Assembly (NCBI GenBank): GCA_947500645.1
Contig: CANMSD010000004.1
Coordinates: 151,093 to 215,092, forward strand
Length of the DNA: 64,000 nt
From: an uncultured Erythrobacter sp.
Lineage (GTDB): Bacteria; Pseudomonadota; Alphaproteobacteria; Sphingomonadales; Sphingomonadaceae
Direction: 5' to 3'
Below, piece after piece: positions 28,395 through 37,012 of this stretch. The translations under genes were made by a program, and so were the position numbers. The notes under the pieces were generated by a model. That model saw only the letters and a list, made by a program, of their open reading frames with translations. It was not told where the DNA came from and searched no databases. How positions within the stretch are numbered: position 1 is the stretch's first letter; each line of letters starts with the position of its first letter.

Positions 28395-29132
28395 TCACCA
28401 CATCGCGCGGGTGCGGCTTTTGTCGCGGTCCAAATCCTCGCGTGAAATCCGATCCCAGAACCGGCCGCCGACGATCTGTTCGGCGTCGTATGTCTTGACC
28501 AGAAAATCTTCGAGCGGATCGGTCTGCCTCTTGTTCGGGATCTCGAAAGTCCACAGGCGAAACCGCCCGCGTCTGTTTTCCACCAACACGCTCTTGATAA
28601 AGGCATGCGGCACCGGAACACTGATGCCGAAATCCGCTTGTTCTTTTCCGATGCGTTCCACCTTCTCGCCGAAGTAGAAAACAGGACAGGTCAGCACATA
28701 GGTTTCGAGCGTGCTTTCACGCGCATCAAGCTCGCGAATTTCGTTTTCTAACCGGTTCCAGATACCGCGGTTGAATTGCGGCTTTTGCGGCGACATGTTG
28801 GACAACAGGAAGGTCTCGGAATTCTGGATATCCTGCAAATCCTGATTGGCGCTGGCGACCAGATGCCCTCGGTCAAAGCCGCTGCCCTTGTAGGCCTTCA
28901 AGCCAGCGCGGAAGCGTTTGGGAATGCGAGTGTCTGCGCGGAAGTTATTGAGCCGCTCGACCATGTCCATGTCGTTCACCAGCTCGCGGTCCCGATTGAT
29001 GATCTCCAGCGTCCATTTCGCTTGGCGGAAATACCATGAATAGCCGATGGAGAAATGCCGGCCTGTCAGAATTTGATCGCATACGGGCGCTCCGTATCGA
29101 AGCTCTCGCTGCATTTGGAACGGATCGTCCAA
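28395..29132 (-). CDS. DNA/RNA non-specific endonuclease (NucA/EndoG beta-beta-alpha-Me family), no signal peptide
   Basis: SGFDRGHLVAS, TFLLSNMSPQKPQFNRGIWNRLE; TTG start with GGAGGAG ribosome-binding site. Confidence 0.92.
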   Translation of the reverse strand: MDDPFQMQRELRYGAPVCDQILTGRHFSIGYSWYFRQAKWTLEIINRDRELVNDMDMVERLNNFRADTRIPKRFRAGLKAYKGSGFDRGHLVASANQDLQDIQNSETFLLSNMSPQKPQFNRGIWNRLENEIRELDARESTLETYVLTCPVFYFGEKVERIGKEQADFGISVPVPHAFIKSVLVENRRGRFRLWTFEIPNKRQTDPLEDFLVKTYDAEQIVGGRFWDRISREDLDRDKSRTRAMW

Positions 29133-29334
29133 TATCTCCTCCTCCCCTTGCTTCCATTCTCGTTCGTATTTTTAACATTTCTGGCGAATTTCCACCATCA
29201 GCCAGGGGGAACTAATCAGGGTTATTCCGGCTTACGTTGCTATTAGTCGGCGAGATTGCCTCGAGATCTCGCTGTCCTACATGCGGGATCGACACTATCC
29301 GTCGCGCATGACCTTACATGGCACTTCAATCGAA

Positions 29335-29372
29335 AAAACCGATCGAATGGGCCCTTCTGATCGATTGGTTTT
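29335..29372. terminator. Hairpin with A/T tails (possible bidirectional terminator)
   Basis: aaaaccgatcga-N14-tcgattggtttt. Confidence 0.45.
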
Positions 29373-29537
29373 GTTCGCCAGGACTGTGTTCCATGCGTTC
29401 CAAACGTGCTTCAGCAGCGGTGAATGGAGCGTGGAGAGAGTGGGTGGTTGTGGTTCGAAAACGCAAGCCTCCAACCGGTTGCAAATGCAACCATCTCGCG
29501 ATACTCAACTGCCATTGCATGTCCGCCGGTGGAGATG

Positions 29538-29627
29538 CGCTCCTGCGGAGGTTAGGAGCGGGCGCCACGTCGGTCCTGATCGGCTCCTGCCTTCCTGGGA
29601 GCGTGCACATTGGAAGGGCTCACACCC
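29538..29627 (+). promoter_or_regulatory. Candidate cis-regulatory RNA (hairpin plus RBS-masking H-type pseudoknot)
   Basis: Hairpin cgctcct/aggagcg; hairpin gctcct/gggagc whose loop CCTTCC is complementary to GGAAGG at 29612-29617. Confidence 0.4.
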
Positions 29628-30980
29628 ATGACCGACGCCATTGACGCCACCGACACTCCGACCCCGCGCCGCAAACCCAAGCAGCCGAAAACCCGCATTG
29701 GCGGACGCGAGATGAAGCCCGCGACCCAGATGATGGGCTATGGCTTCGACCCCGCTTTGTCGGAAGGCTCGCTGAAGGCACCGATCTTCCTCACCTCGAC
29801 CTTCGCGTTTGAGAACGCAGCGGCGGGCAAGCGACACTTCGAAGGCATCACCGGCCAGCGGCCCGGCGGCGCGGAGGGTCTGGTCTACTCCCGCTTTAAC
29901 GGGCCCAACCAGGAGATCCTGGAAGACCGGCTCGCGATCTGGGACGGCGCGGAGGACGCGCTCACCTTCTCCAGCGGAATGACCGCGATCTGCATCCTGA
30001 TGCTGGCAAGCGTCAGCCAGGGTGATGTGATCGTGCATTCCGGCCCGCTCTATGCGGCATCCGAGGGCTTCGTCGCCAAGGTGCTGGCGAAGTTCGGCGT
30101 GACCTATGTCGACTTCCCGGCCGGAGCGAGCCGCGAGGAGCTGGACGAAGTGTTGCAACGCGCCAACAAGCAGGCTGGCGAGAATGGTGGTAAGGTGGCG
30201 ATGATCTACCTCGAAAGCCCGGCCAACCCGACGAACGCCTTGGTCGATATCGAGGCGGTGAAGGCGGCGCGAGATGCGACGCTCGGCGGCGCTCAAGTAG
30301 CGGGAGGCGGTAGCGCACAAGAAAGCGACTGCCCCATTGCGATCGACAACACCTTCCTCGGCCCGCTGTGGCAGCGCCCGCTCGATCACGGCGCGGACAT
30401 CGTGGTCTACTCGCTGACCAAGTATGTCGGTGGCCATTCCGACCTCGTCGCGGGCTCGATTGCTGGTGCGAAGAAGTGGATGGACCCGGTGCGTGCGCTG
30501 CGCAACACGATGGGGGGCATCGTCGATCCGAACACTGCGTGGATGCTGCTGCGCTCGCTGGAGACCGTCGAGCTGCGCATGCAGCGCGCGGGCGAGAATG
30601 CCGCGAAAGTTTGCGAATTCCTGAAGAACCACCCCAAGGTCGAAGGGCTCGGCTATCTCGGCTTCATCGAGGATCCGCGTCAGCAGGACATCTACGATCG
30701 CCACTGCAAGGGCGCGGGCAGCACCTTCAGCGTGTTCATCAAGGGCGGCGAAGAGGAGAGCTTCCGCTTCCTCGACAACCTGACCATTGCCAAGCTTGCA
30801 GTCAGCCTGGGCGGCACGGAGACGCTCGCGAGTCACCCGGCGGCAATGACACACCTTTCCGTTCCGCCTGAGCGCAAAGCGGCACTCGGCATCACCGACA
30901 ACCTGGTGCGGATCAGCATTGGGATCGAAGATGCGGACGACCTGATCGCCGACTTCGAACAGGCGTTGGAGTACGTGTAA
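29628..30980 (+). CDS. PLP-dependent Cys/Met metabolism enzyme (cystathionine gamma-synthase / methionine gamma-lyase family)
   Basis: VYSRFNGPN, FSSGMTAI, YLESPANPT, IDNTF, PLP lysine motif SLTKYVGGHSD, LAVSLGG, LVRISIGIED. Confidence 0.93.
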   Translation: MTDAIDATDTPTPRRKPKQPKTRIGGREMKPATQMMGYGFDPALSEGSLKAPIFLTSTFAFENAAAGKRHFEGITGQRPGGAEGLVYSRFNGPNQEILEDRLAIWDGAEDALTFSSGMTAICILMLASVSQGDVIVHSGPLYAASEGFVAKVLAKFGVTYVDFPAGASREELDEVLQRANKQAGENGGKVAMIYLESPANPTNALVDIEAVKAARDATLGGAQVAGGGSAQESDCPIAIDNTFLGPLWQRPLDHGADIVVYSLTKYVGGHSDLVAGSIAGAKKWMDPVRALRNTMGGIVDPNTAWMLLRSLETVELRMQRAGENAAKVCEFLKNHPKVEGLGYLGFIEDPRQQDIYDRHCKGAGSTFSVFIKGGEEESFRFLDNLTIAKLAVSLGGTETLASHPAAMTHLSVPPERKAALGITDNLVRISIGIEDADDLIADFEQALEYV

Positions 30981-31070
30981 GCACAGTTCCAGCGCCAAAA
31001 TTGGCGAGTTTCAGCAATTCTTCCCAGTGCTGTTGTGATATTTCTCTCAACATCATTGGGGAGAAGGATC

Positions 31071-31571
31071 ATGTCACCCTTGGAGTTAGTCCTGTTAGTT
31101 ACCGGCGGCGTGTTATTACTTGCAGCCGTAGGTTGTTACTTGAAAGACACCGCCCGAGTGGCCTTTCCGATCGTCCTGGCGTTGCTTGGGGCGTTCCTGC
31201 TCGCCGCCGACGAAGTCAGCGCGAGTCTGCCCGGCGGCGGAAGCGTCAAGCTGGCGAAAGAAGTGGCTGAGAAGTCGTCTGAAGCGGCTGATGCTCTTTT
31301 GGCCGCATCGCAGAAAAACAGCGAAGCCATCACTGCGATCAGCACCGCGTTGACGGATTCGCAGAACGCGTTCGCAGACTATCGCAACGAGGTGAACGAG
31401 CGGTTCGCGGCGCTCAATGAGCAGCCGGTCGCAGCGCCCAACGGGCAGCTCGAACAATCGCGGGCGGCCGTACAGACGAAGATCAGGGAAGCAAATTCGG
31501 CCAACAATGCGGCCAAGGTGCAGAGTAAAGCGCTGCGCGATCTGAGCGGCGGTTTTACTGTGAAACAGTGA
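31071..31571 (+). CDS. Hypothetical membrane-anchored coiled-coil protein
   Basis: GGAGAAGG ribosome-binding site, two N-terminal TM helices, Ala/Gln-rich helical tail. Confidence 0.7.
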   Translation: MSPLELVLLVTGGVLLLAAVGCYLKDTARVAFPIVLALLGAFLLAADEVSASLPGGGSVKLAKEVAEKSSEAADALLAASQKNSEAITAISTALTDSQNAFADYRNEVNERFAALNEQPVAAPNGQLEQSRAAVQTKIREANSANNAAKVQSKALRDLSGGFTVKQ

Positions 31572-31627
31572 TAGCCTTCCCCTCGCCTGGCCTAAAGTGT
31601 TAGGCCTCGCAGCAAGGGAGAGAGAAC

Positions 31628-32452
31628 ATGACGACCCGCAAACCGGTATTCCTTGTAATCGGCGCAGGTGCCGGGATTGGCGGGCACACTGCTGCACGGT
31701 TTGCCGCGGGTGGGTATCACGCAGTGCTCGCCCGGCGCAGCGACGAGGCAGGCCTGGCGCAGCTCGTCGAACAGATCGAGGAAGCGGGCGGCACAGCCAG
31801 TGGCACTTTGCTTGACGCCACCGAGGACGGCTCGATCGAGGAATTGGTCGAACGTGTTGAGAAGGACATTGGGCCAATCGACACAGCGCTCTACAATCTT
31901 GGCGCGCAAATCGGAAACCGGAAATTGCAAGACACGCCGCATCGCGCGTTCGAGCTGGGCTGGCGCCTCGGCACATACGGCCTGTTCCGGCTGGCTCATG
32001 CGATATTCCCAACCATGGCGGAGCGCGGCAAGGGAAACTTGCTCGTCACCTCAGCCACCGCCGCCGTGCGCGGTAACACGGGGCAGCACAGCCATGCGGC
32101 GGCGATGGGTGGCCGGCGCATGCTCTGCCAGACGCTAAACGCCGAATTCGGCCCGCAAGGCATTCATGTTGCACATATCGTAGTCGATGGATCGGTTGAT
32201 GCGCCTGACACGCTCGGCAAGCTGCTGGGCGAAAAGTTCGAGGCGTACAAGGCTGCGAAAGGCGAGGACGGCGTAATCGATCCCGGCGCTATTGCGGAAA
32301 CCTATTGGCACCTCGCGCAGCAGCCGAGAAATTGCTGGACGCATGAAATCGATATCCGACCCTGGACCGATGTCGCATGGTGGAACGACAATCCTATTGC
32401 GGCGATCAACTCGACGGCGTCGAGACCGGGTTTTGCGGGGCCGAAGGAGTAA
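31628..32452 (+). CDS. Short-chain dehydrogenase/reductase
   Basis: VIGAGAGIGG Rossmann motif, LYNLGA, LLVTSAT, GIHVAHIVVDG. Confidence 0.9.
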   Translation: MTTRKPVFLVIGAGAGIGGHTAARFAAGGYHAVLARRSDEAGLAQLVEQIEEAGGTASGTLLDATEDGSIEELVERVEKDIGPIDTALYNLGAQIGNRKLQDTPHRAFELGWRLGTYGLFRLAHAIFPTMAERGKGNLLVTSATAAVRGNTGQHSHAAAMGGRRMLCQTLNAEFGPQGIHVAHIVVDGSVDAPDTLGKLLGEKFEAYKAAKGEDGVIDPGAIAETYWHLAQQPRNCWTHEIDIRPWTDVAWWNDNPIAAINSTASRPGFAGPKE

Positions 32453-32469
32453 GAGCCTGTCTGCCTGTC

Positions 32470-32507
32470 AGGTAATGGGGTGCAAAGTGGACGGTCTGCT
32501 ATCTGGC
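32470..32507. repeat. GTCCGC..GCGGAC-type repeat, left flank of the GST gene
   Basis: aggtaatggggtgcaaagtggacggtctgct; similar to 33301-33334 and to the reverse complement of 868-900. Confidence 0.6.
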
Positions 32508-32534
32508 AGAGTCTGCGGGAAGCTTAGAAATGAA

Positions 32535-33179
32535 CTAGTCTAAAGCGCGCAGCTCTTCGTACGACACCACGACATGCTCACGGAAGGCGGGACGCTCTTG
32601 CAGATCCTCGAAGTAGCGGTCCAGAGCCGGGCGCTCCTTCCGGACTATGTTGATGTCATAATAGCGGAAAAGGACATGGCCGAATTGGATGTCTGCCAAT
32701 GTGAAATCATCGCTCACCAGGAAGCGCCTTTGCGCAAGTTGCGCCTCTGCGATGTCCAAGCTCCTGTCGAACCTCGCGATCGCTGTACTGATCGCGTTGC
32801 TGTCTCTCTTTGAAGGTGCGGTGCGAACAACCCTCCAAAAGATCGGTCCGGTGAACTCCATCGCGATGTGGTTCTTCGACCACTCTGCCCACTGGTCTAC
32901 GATAGCCCTTGCATATTCATGCTTGGGCCAGAACGACGGTTCAGCATAACGGCTAGCAAGATGACGCAGGATCGCTCCCGTTTCCCATAGAGGAGGCTCA
33001 TCTCCATCGCGGATGACGGGCACTAGACCATTCGGATTCATTGCAAGGAATGATGGCGTGTCGTTTCCGCCATACCGATGCCCAACGTCATGTCGCTCAT
33101 AGGGCAGGCCAAGCTCGCCTACGAGCCACATGAGCGCCTGCACATTTGAAGATGTCCTTCTTCCCCAGATGACGAGCAT
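32535..33179 (-). CDS. Glutathione S-transferase (GstB-like)
   Basis: WGRRTSSNVQ, MNPNGLVPVI, LWETGAILRHL, FTLADIQFG. Confidence 0.93.
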   Translation of the reverse strand: MLVIWGRRTSSNVQALMWLVGELGLPYERHDVGHRYGGNDTPSFLAMNPNGLVPVIRDGDEPPLWETGAILRHLASRYAEPSFWPKHEYARAIVDQWAEWSKNHIAMEFTGPIFWRVVRTAPSKRDSNAISTAIARFDRSLDIAEAQLAQRRFLVSDDFTLADIQFGHVLFRYYDINIVRKERPALDRYFEDLQERPAFREHVVVSYEELRALD

Positions 33180-33300
33180 GAATTCCAACCTCTAGTCATT
33201 GATGTGATTGACCAACTGGCAATCCTCAAGATGCCCGAGTAGTGTGGGGAACACCAAATCCGGTGATCAAGTGGCAGCCTTCGAGCAGCCATAGCGGGAT

Positions 33301-33334
33301 AGGTAATGTCCGCAATTGGGTCGCAAGCGGACAC
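33301..33334. repeat. GTCCGC..GCGGAC-type repeat, right flank of the GST gene
   Basis: TGTCCGC-aattgggtcgcaa-GCGGACA: 7-bp perfect palindrome with a 13-nt core. Confidence 0.7.
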
Positions 33335-33342
33335 CTAAACCC

Positions 33343-33876
33343 CTACCCCTTCCACTCCCGGCGTTCTTCCGCCTGACGCAACACTTCGTAAGAAACCTGA
33401 ATCGCCTGGAATTGCCGGGCCGCTTCCTCGTCGCCTGGCTTTACGTCCGGATGCACTTCCTTGGCCTTCTTGCGATAAGCCTTTTTGATAGCGTCAAAAT
33501 CGGCGTCCGCTTCCAATTCCAGCAATTCGAGCGCGCGCATTTCGTCATCGCTGCGACTGCCATCGCCTGACCCGGTCCAGCCATAATGGCTCGCCTCGGC
33601 ATAGCCGGAATTGTCGCGCCGTTCGGCCTTGGCGCGCTGCGCGGCCTCTTCCTTGTCGAGACCCTCGAAGTAATCCCACTTGCGATTGTACTCTGCGGCA
33701 TGTGCCTGACAAAAATGCCACCGATCGGGATTGTTGGGTGACTTGGGTGCAGGGCAATCGCCTTTCTCCTCGCACCCATGCCGATCGCACAGGCGCACGG
33801 TCGCGGCCTCGCGCGACTCCTCGTAGCCACGCCAGCGCGGAAAGCCCCAATCGTTGGAACGGCGTGCCTTAGGCAT
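33343..33876 (-). CDS. DnaJ (J-domain) protein
   Basis: Cys-rich N-terminal part (CDRHGC...CPAPKS...WHFC..HAAEYN) and C-terminal J domain with KEVHPD. Confidence 0.9.
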   Translation of the reverse strand: MPKARRSNDWGFPRWRGYEESREAATVRLCDRHGCEEKGDCPAPKSPNNPDRWHFCQAHAAEYNRKWDYFEGLDKEEAAQRAKAERRDNSGYAEASHYGWTGSGDGSRSDDEMRALELLELEADADFDAIKKAYRKKAKEVHPDVKPGDEEAARQFQAIQVSYEVLRQAEERREWKG

Positions 33877-33955
33877 GGATGTGCGTGCGAATTGTCGTTG
33901 GTCGAATTGCCATAGCCCCTAGTCTAGGCATGGTGGAGCGCAATGGGAAGGTGTG

Positions 33956-33980
33956 GGAACCAGTTGCGACGTGAAATGTT
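33956..33980 (+). promoter_or_regulatory. EcfG (general stress sigma)-like promoter
   Basis: GGAAC-N16-TGTT upstream of the small ORF at 34046. Confidence 0.45.
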
Positions 33981-34045
33981 GCATTGCAACGAAGCGTTCA
34001 TAACTGGACGCTAAGAGCCGAGCGAATTCAAACGCCTGAGGACCA

Positions 34046-34213
34046 ATGAGCCCACAACTTGCCATCTCCAGCGCCTTCGCCACTTTTGCGATGGCTGCGC
34101 TGTGCGTGCTCGGCGTGAGCAACCAGGCATCCCGGCCACTTGGTCAGTCGCCAATAGCGCTGCAGGCCGAAATGCCGAGCGCGCCTGCGCTCGGTTCCGA
34201 CCTGCTGCCCTAA
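34046..34213 (+). CDS. Small (55 aa) membrane/exported hypothetical protein, absent from the ORF track
   Basis: GAGGA ribosome-binding site, ATG...TAA: MSPQLAISSAFATFAMAALCVLGVSNQASRPLGQSPIALQAEMPSAPALGSDLLP. Confidence 0.65.
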   Translation: MSPQLAISSAFATFAMAALCVLGVSNQASRPLGQSPIALQAEMPSAPALGSDLLP

Positions 34214-34222
34214 TCCAGATTC

Positions 34223-34747
34223 CTAGTTGATGACGACGCTGGCCGCGCGGCGGTTCTGCGCCCATGCCTGCTCGTTCGATTCCAGCGCAACCGGGCGTTC
34301 CTTGCCAAAGCTGACCATGGTGATCCGGTTGGCGGCAATGCCCAGACTGACGAGATAGTTCTTCGCCGAGTTCGCACGCCGCTCACCCAGAGCAAGGTTG
34401 TATTCGCGGGTGCCGCGTTCGTCGGCATGGCCCTCAACCGTAATCGTCACCTGAGTATACTGGCCAAGATATTGGGCCTGAGCCTGCAAGGCGGCGGCAT
34501 CGGTGCTGTCGATATTGAACCGGTCCGTGTCGAAATAGACCACGGTGTTGCTGCCGACGGCCTGCTCGAAATGAGCCTGCGTGCCAACCGTTGGTCCGGT
34601 CGAAGTAGGCGCCGACGGGGCCGGGGCTGGTGCAGTCGCCTCGGGTGCAGGAGGAAGTTCCTCTGGCGGCTTTTTCGCGCAGGCGGCGAGCAAGCTCGCC
34701 GATGACAGCATAGCGATGGCGATGATGCGGGTCTTGGGAATACTCAT
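34223..34747 (-). CDS. pal: Peptidoglycan-associated lipoprotein
   Basis: Lipobox LLAAC; VYFDTD; EGHADERGTREYNLALGERRA; last gene of the tol cluster. Confidence 0.97.
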   Translation of the reverse strand: MSIPKTRIIAIAMLSSASLLAACAKKPPEELPPAPEATAPAPAPSAPTSTGPTVGTQAHFEQAVGSNTVVYFDTDRFNIDSTDAAALQAQAQYLGQYTQVTITVEGHADERGTREYNLALGERRANSAKNYLVSLGIAANRITMVSFGKERPVALESNEQAWAQNRRAASVVIN

Positions 34748-34808
34748 ACGTGTCCTCTCCAATGTATGACCGGGGCGGGGGCCTGGTCAGATTTACGTGT
34801 TCAACGCA

Positions 34809-36209
34809 TCAGGGACGGATTGGTCCCCATGCAGGGTCGGAAGCATCGGCCGGGGTGCGCAAACGGCGTTCATTGCGCCCGGTCAGATCAACCTGATGCA
34901 GGCCCGAACGGCCCGAATTGCGCGCCGTACGGAAGAACTGGATGATCCGACCGTTTGGCGCCCAGGTCGGTGCCTCATCCTGCCATCCGTTGGTAAGCAC
35001 CCGAAGGTTACGCCCGTTCGGCGTCATCACGGCAATATTGAAGTCGCCGGCAATGCGCGTGAACGCGATCTGGTCACCCCGCGGGCTCCATTCCGGCGTG
35101 GCGCAACGCCCGCCAAAGAAGGTGATCCGCCGCTGGTTGGAGCCGTCGGCGTTCATGACATAGCACTGCTGAGAGCCGGAGCGATCGCTCTCGAACACGA
35201 TGCGGTTGCCATCGGGCGAGTACGATCCGCCAATGTCGATGCCTGGCGTGTTGGTCAGACGCACACTGCGCCCGCCATCGGCGGAGACGCGATAGATATC
35301 GGTGTTGCCGTTAACAGCCATCGAATAGAGGATTGAGCGGCCATCGGGCGACCAGCGTGGGGCAAGCGTGGGATTGCCAGTCTCGGCGACAAGCTTCTGC
35401 TTCCCGGTGCCAATGTCATAGACATAGATGCGCGGATTACCGTCGACGTAGGACAGGTAGAGCAGCTGCGAATAGTCGGGCGAATAACGCGGGGTAAGCG
35501 CAGTCGCACTCCCCAAGGTCAGGAAGCGGTGGTTTGCACCGTCGCTGTCCATGATCGCAAGCCGTTTGACCCGGTTATCCTTCGGGCCGGTCTCAGCGAT
35601 ATACGCGATCCGACTGTCGAAGAACGGGTTTTCCCCGGTCAGGCGCGAGTAGATGAGGTCGGAGCATTTGTGTGCAGCGCGGCGCCAGTCTGCCGGGCGC
35701 ACGACCCAGCCTTCGCGGATCAGCTCGTCTTGCAGCGCCACGTCATAGAGATAGCAGCCAACCACCAGGCGCCCGTCATCGCGGGCACGAACATAGCCGT
35801 GAACCAGCATTTCCGCGCCCCGCCCGCTCCAGCTGCCCCATGAAGGCGCGCTGATCTGCGCGAAGCTTGGCTTGGGCAGAGCGTCCGGGCCGGTCGGCTT
35901 GAAAATGCCATTGTTGCGCAGGTTTGAGGTGATAACGCGAGAGATTTCCTGCCCCAGCGCGCCCGTACCATTGGCATTGGCCGGCGTCGGCTGGTCGCGG
36001 TCTGTGGCGAATGCAGGAATCGCAATGCCCAGGTCTTCCCAGTCGCTTTCATCGGTCACCGAACCGGTAAGGCCCACTTCTTCGCCGGTCTCGCCTTCAA
36101 ACGCGGTCTCGACATTGCCGCCTTCGCCAACCGGATCACCCAAATCTTCGTTCTGAGCGGCAAGCGGAGCCGCCATCAGAGCAAGAGCCAGTGTGAGAAC
36201 TGATTTCAT
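34809..36209 (-). CDS. tolB: Tol-Pal beta-propeller protein
   Basis: AHKCSDLIYSRLTGE..FDSRIAY; PD40 repeats (PRWSPDG, PEWSPRG, PTWAPNG). Confidence 0.97.
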   Translation of the reverse strand: MKSVLTLALALMAAPLAAQNEDLGDPVGEGGNVETAFEGETGEEVGLTGSVTDESDWEDLGIAIPAFATDRDQPTPANANGTGALGQEISRVITSNLRNNGIFKPTGPDALPKPSFAQISAPSWGSWSGRGAEMLVHGYVRARDDGRLVVGCYLYDVALQDELIREGWVVRPADWRRAAHKCSDLIYSRLTGENPFFDSRIAYIAETGPKDNRVKRLAIMDSDGANHRFLTLGSATALTPRYSPDYSQLLYLSYVDGNPRIYVYDIGTGKQKLVAETGNPTLAPRWSPDGRSILYSMAVNGNTDIYRVSADGGRSVRLTNTPGIDIGGSYSPDGNRIVFESDRSGSQQCYVMNADGSNQRRITFFGGRCATPEWSPRGDQIAFTRIAGDFNIAVMTPNGRNLRVLTNGWQDEAPTWAPNGRIIQFFRTARNSGRSGLHQVDLTGRNERRLRTPADASDPAWGPIRP

Positions 36210-36211
36210 TG

Positions 36212-37000
36212 TCAAAGCCTTCTGTCGAAACGCCACGCGGAGATATTCTTCCAGGCATTGTAGTATTGCGGCGGAAGATCGAAAGGTGCCGCCAATTGCA
36301 CGGCCCGAATAGCACGTTCGGCATGAAGCGGTGCCTGCGGGCGATTAGATGCGGTGACGCCAGTCTGACGAACGACGCGCGGCTTGCCAGCCAATGAGCC
36401 ATCCTCATTAAGCCGGAACGACAGAACCGTCACCAATTGTTCCACATCGACACCCTGCGGCGCGTTCCAGTGCGGGCGCAACTGTCGGGTGATCGCCGAC
36501 CGCAAAGACGCCTGCGCGCTCGGGCCGATTTCGGATGCAGGAATGCGCGTATCATCGGTATTCGTCGAACTGCCCGATCCGGGCAGGAAATTGTCGCCAA
36601 TCCGGCTGCCACCGCGCGGAGTCGGCGTTGGACTGGGCCGAGAGGTCGGGCGCGAAGTTGGCTGGGATGTCGGTCGAGACGTGGGTCGCGAGGTCGGTTG
36701 GACGTCCGGCGATGCCTGATCCGGTTGCGAATCTGGCTCCACATCGGGCGGTGCCACTTCATCGGACAATTCAGGCGCGATCGCCGCACGGCTCTCCGCC
36801 ACCGGATCAGGCGCGGTCGATTCCAGGCTGACTTCACTCGCGAGACTCACCGTCATACGCTCTGGGATCGCAAGCATTTCGTCGCGCATCGGCTGAAGCA
36901 CGAGCAGCGCAACCACGCCGACATGCAGCGCCAGCGCGACCAAAAGGCCGATGCGCTCCTCTCCGCTAAAACTCGGTGGCTGCATTGTCTGCTCGCTCAT
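36212..37000 (-). CDS. tolA: Cell envelope integrity protein TolA
   Basis: N-terminal TM with ALHVG, PTSR-repeat linker, TonB-C-like C-terminus (AIRAVQLAAPFDLP); located between tolR and tolB. Confidence 0.85.
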   Translation of the reverse strand: MSEQTMQPPSFSGEERIGLLVALALHVGVVALLVLQPMRDEMLAIPERMTVSLASEVSLESTAPDPVAESRAAIAPELSDEVAPPDVEPDSQPDQASPDVQPTSRPTSRPTSQPTSRPTSRPSPTPTPRGGSRIGDNFLPGSGSSTNTDDTRIPASEIGPSAQASLRSAITRQLRPHWNAPQGVDVEQLVTVLSFRLNEDGSLAGKPRVVRQTGVTASNRPQAPLHAERAIRAVQLAAPFDLPPQYYNAWKNISAWRFDRRL

Positions 37001-37012
37001 ATACGTTCCGGG

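Noticed and set aside
29318-29644. Cys-rich 108-aa ORF upstream of the Met/Cys enzyme as a possible leader peptide
   Set aside because: Too long for an attenuator peptide, Cys codons are scattered, no clear ribosome-binding site, and it crosses hairpins and the downstream start.
36620-36705. PTSR/PTSQ tandem repeats in tolA
   Set aside because: A low-complexity periplasmic linker is normal for TolA, and the DNA copies are synonymous-diverged.
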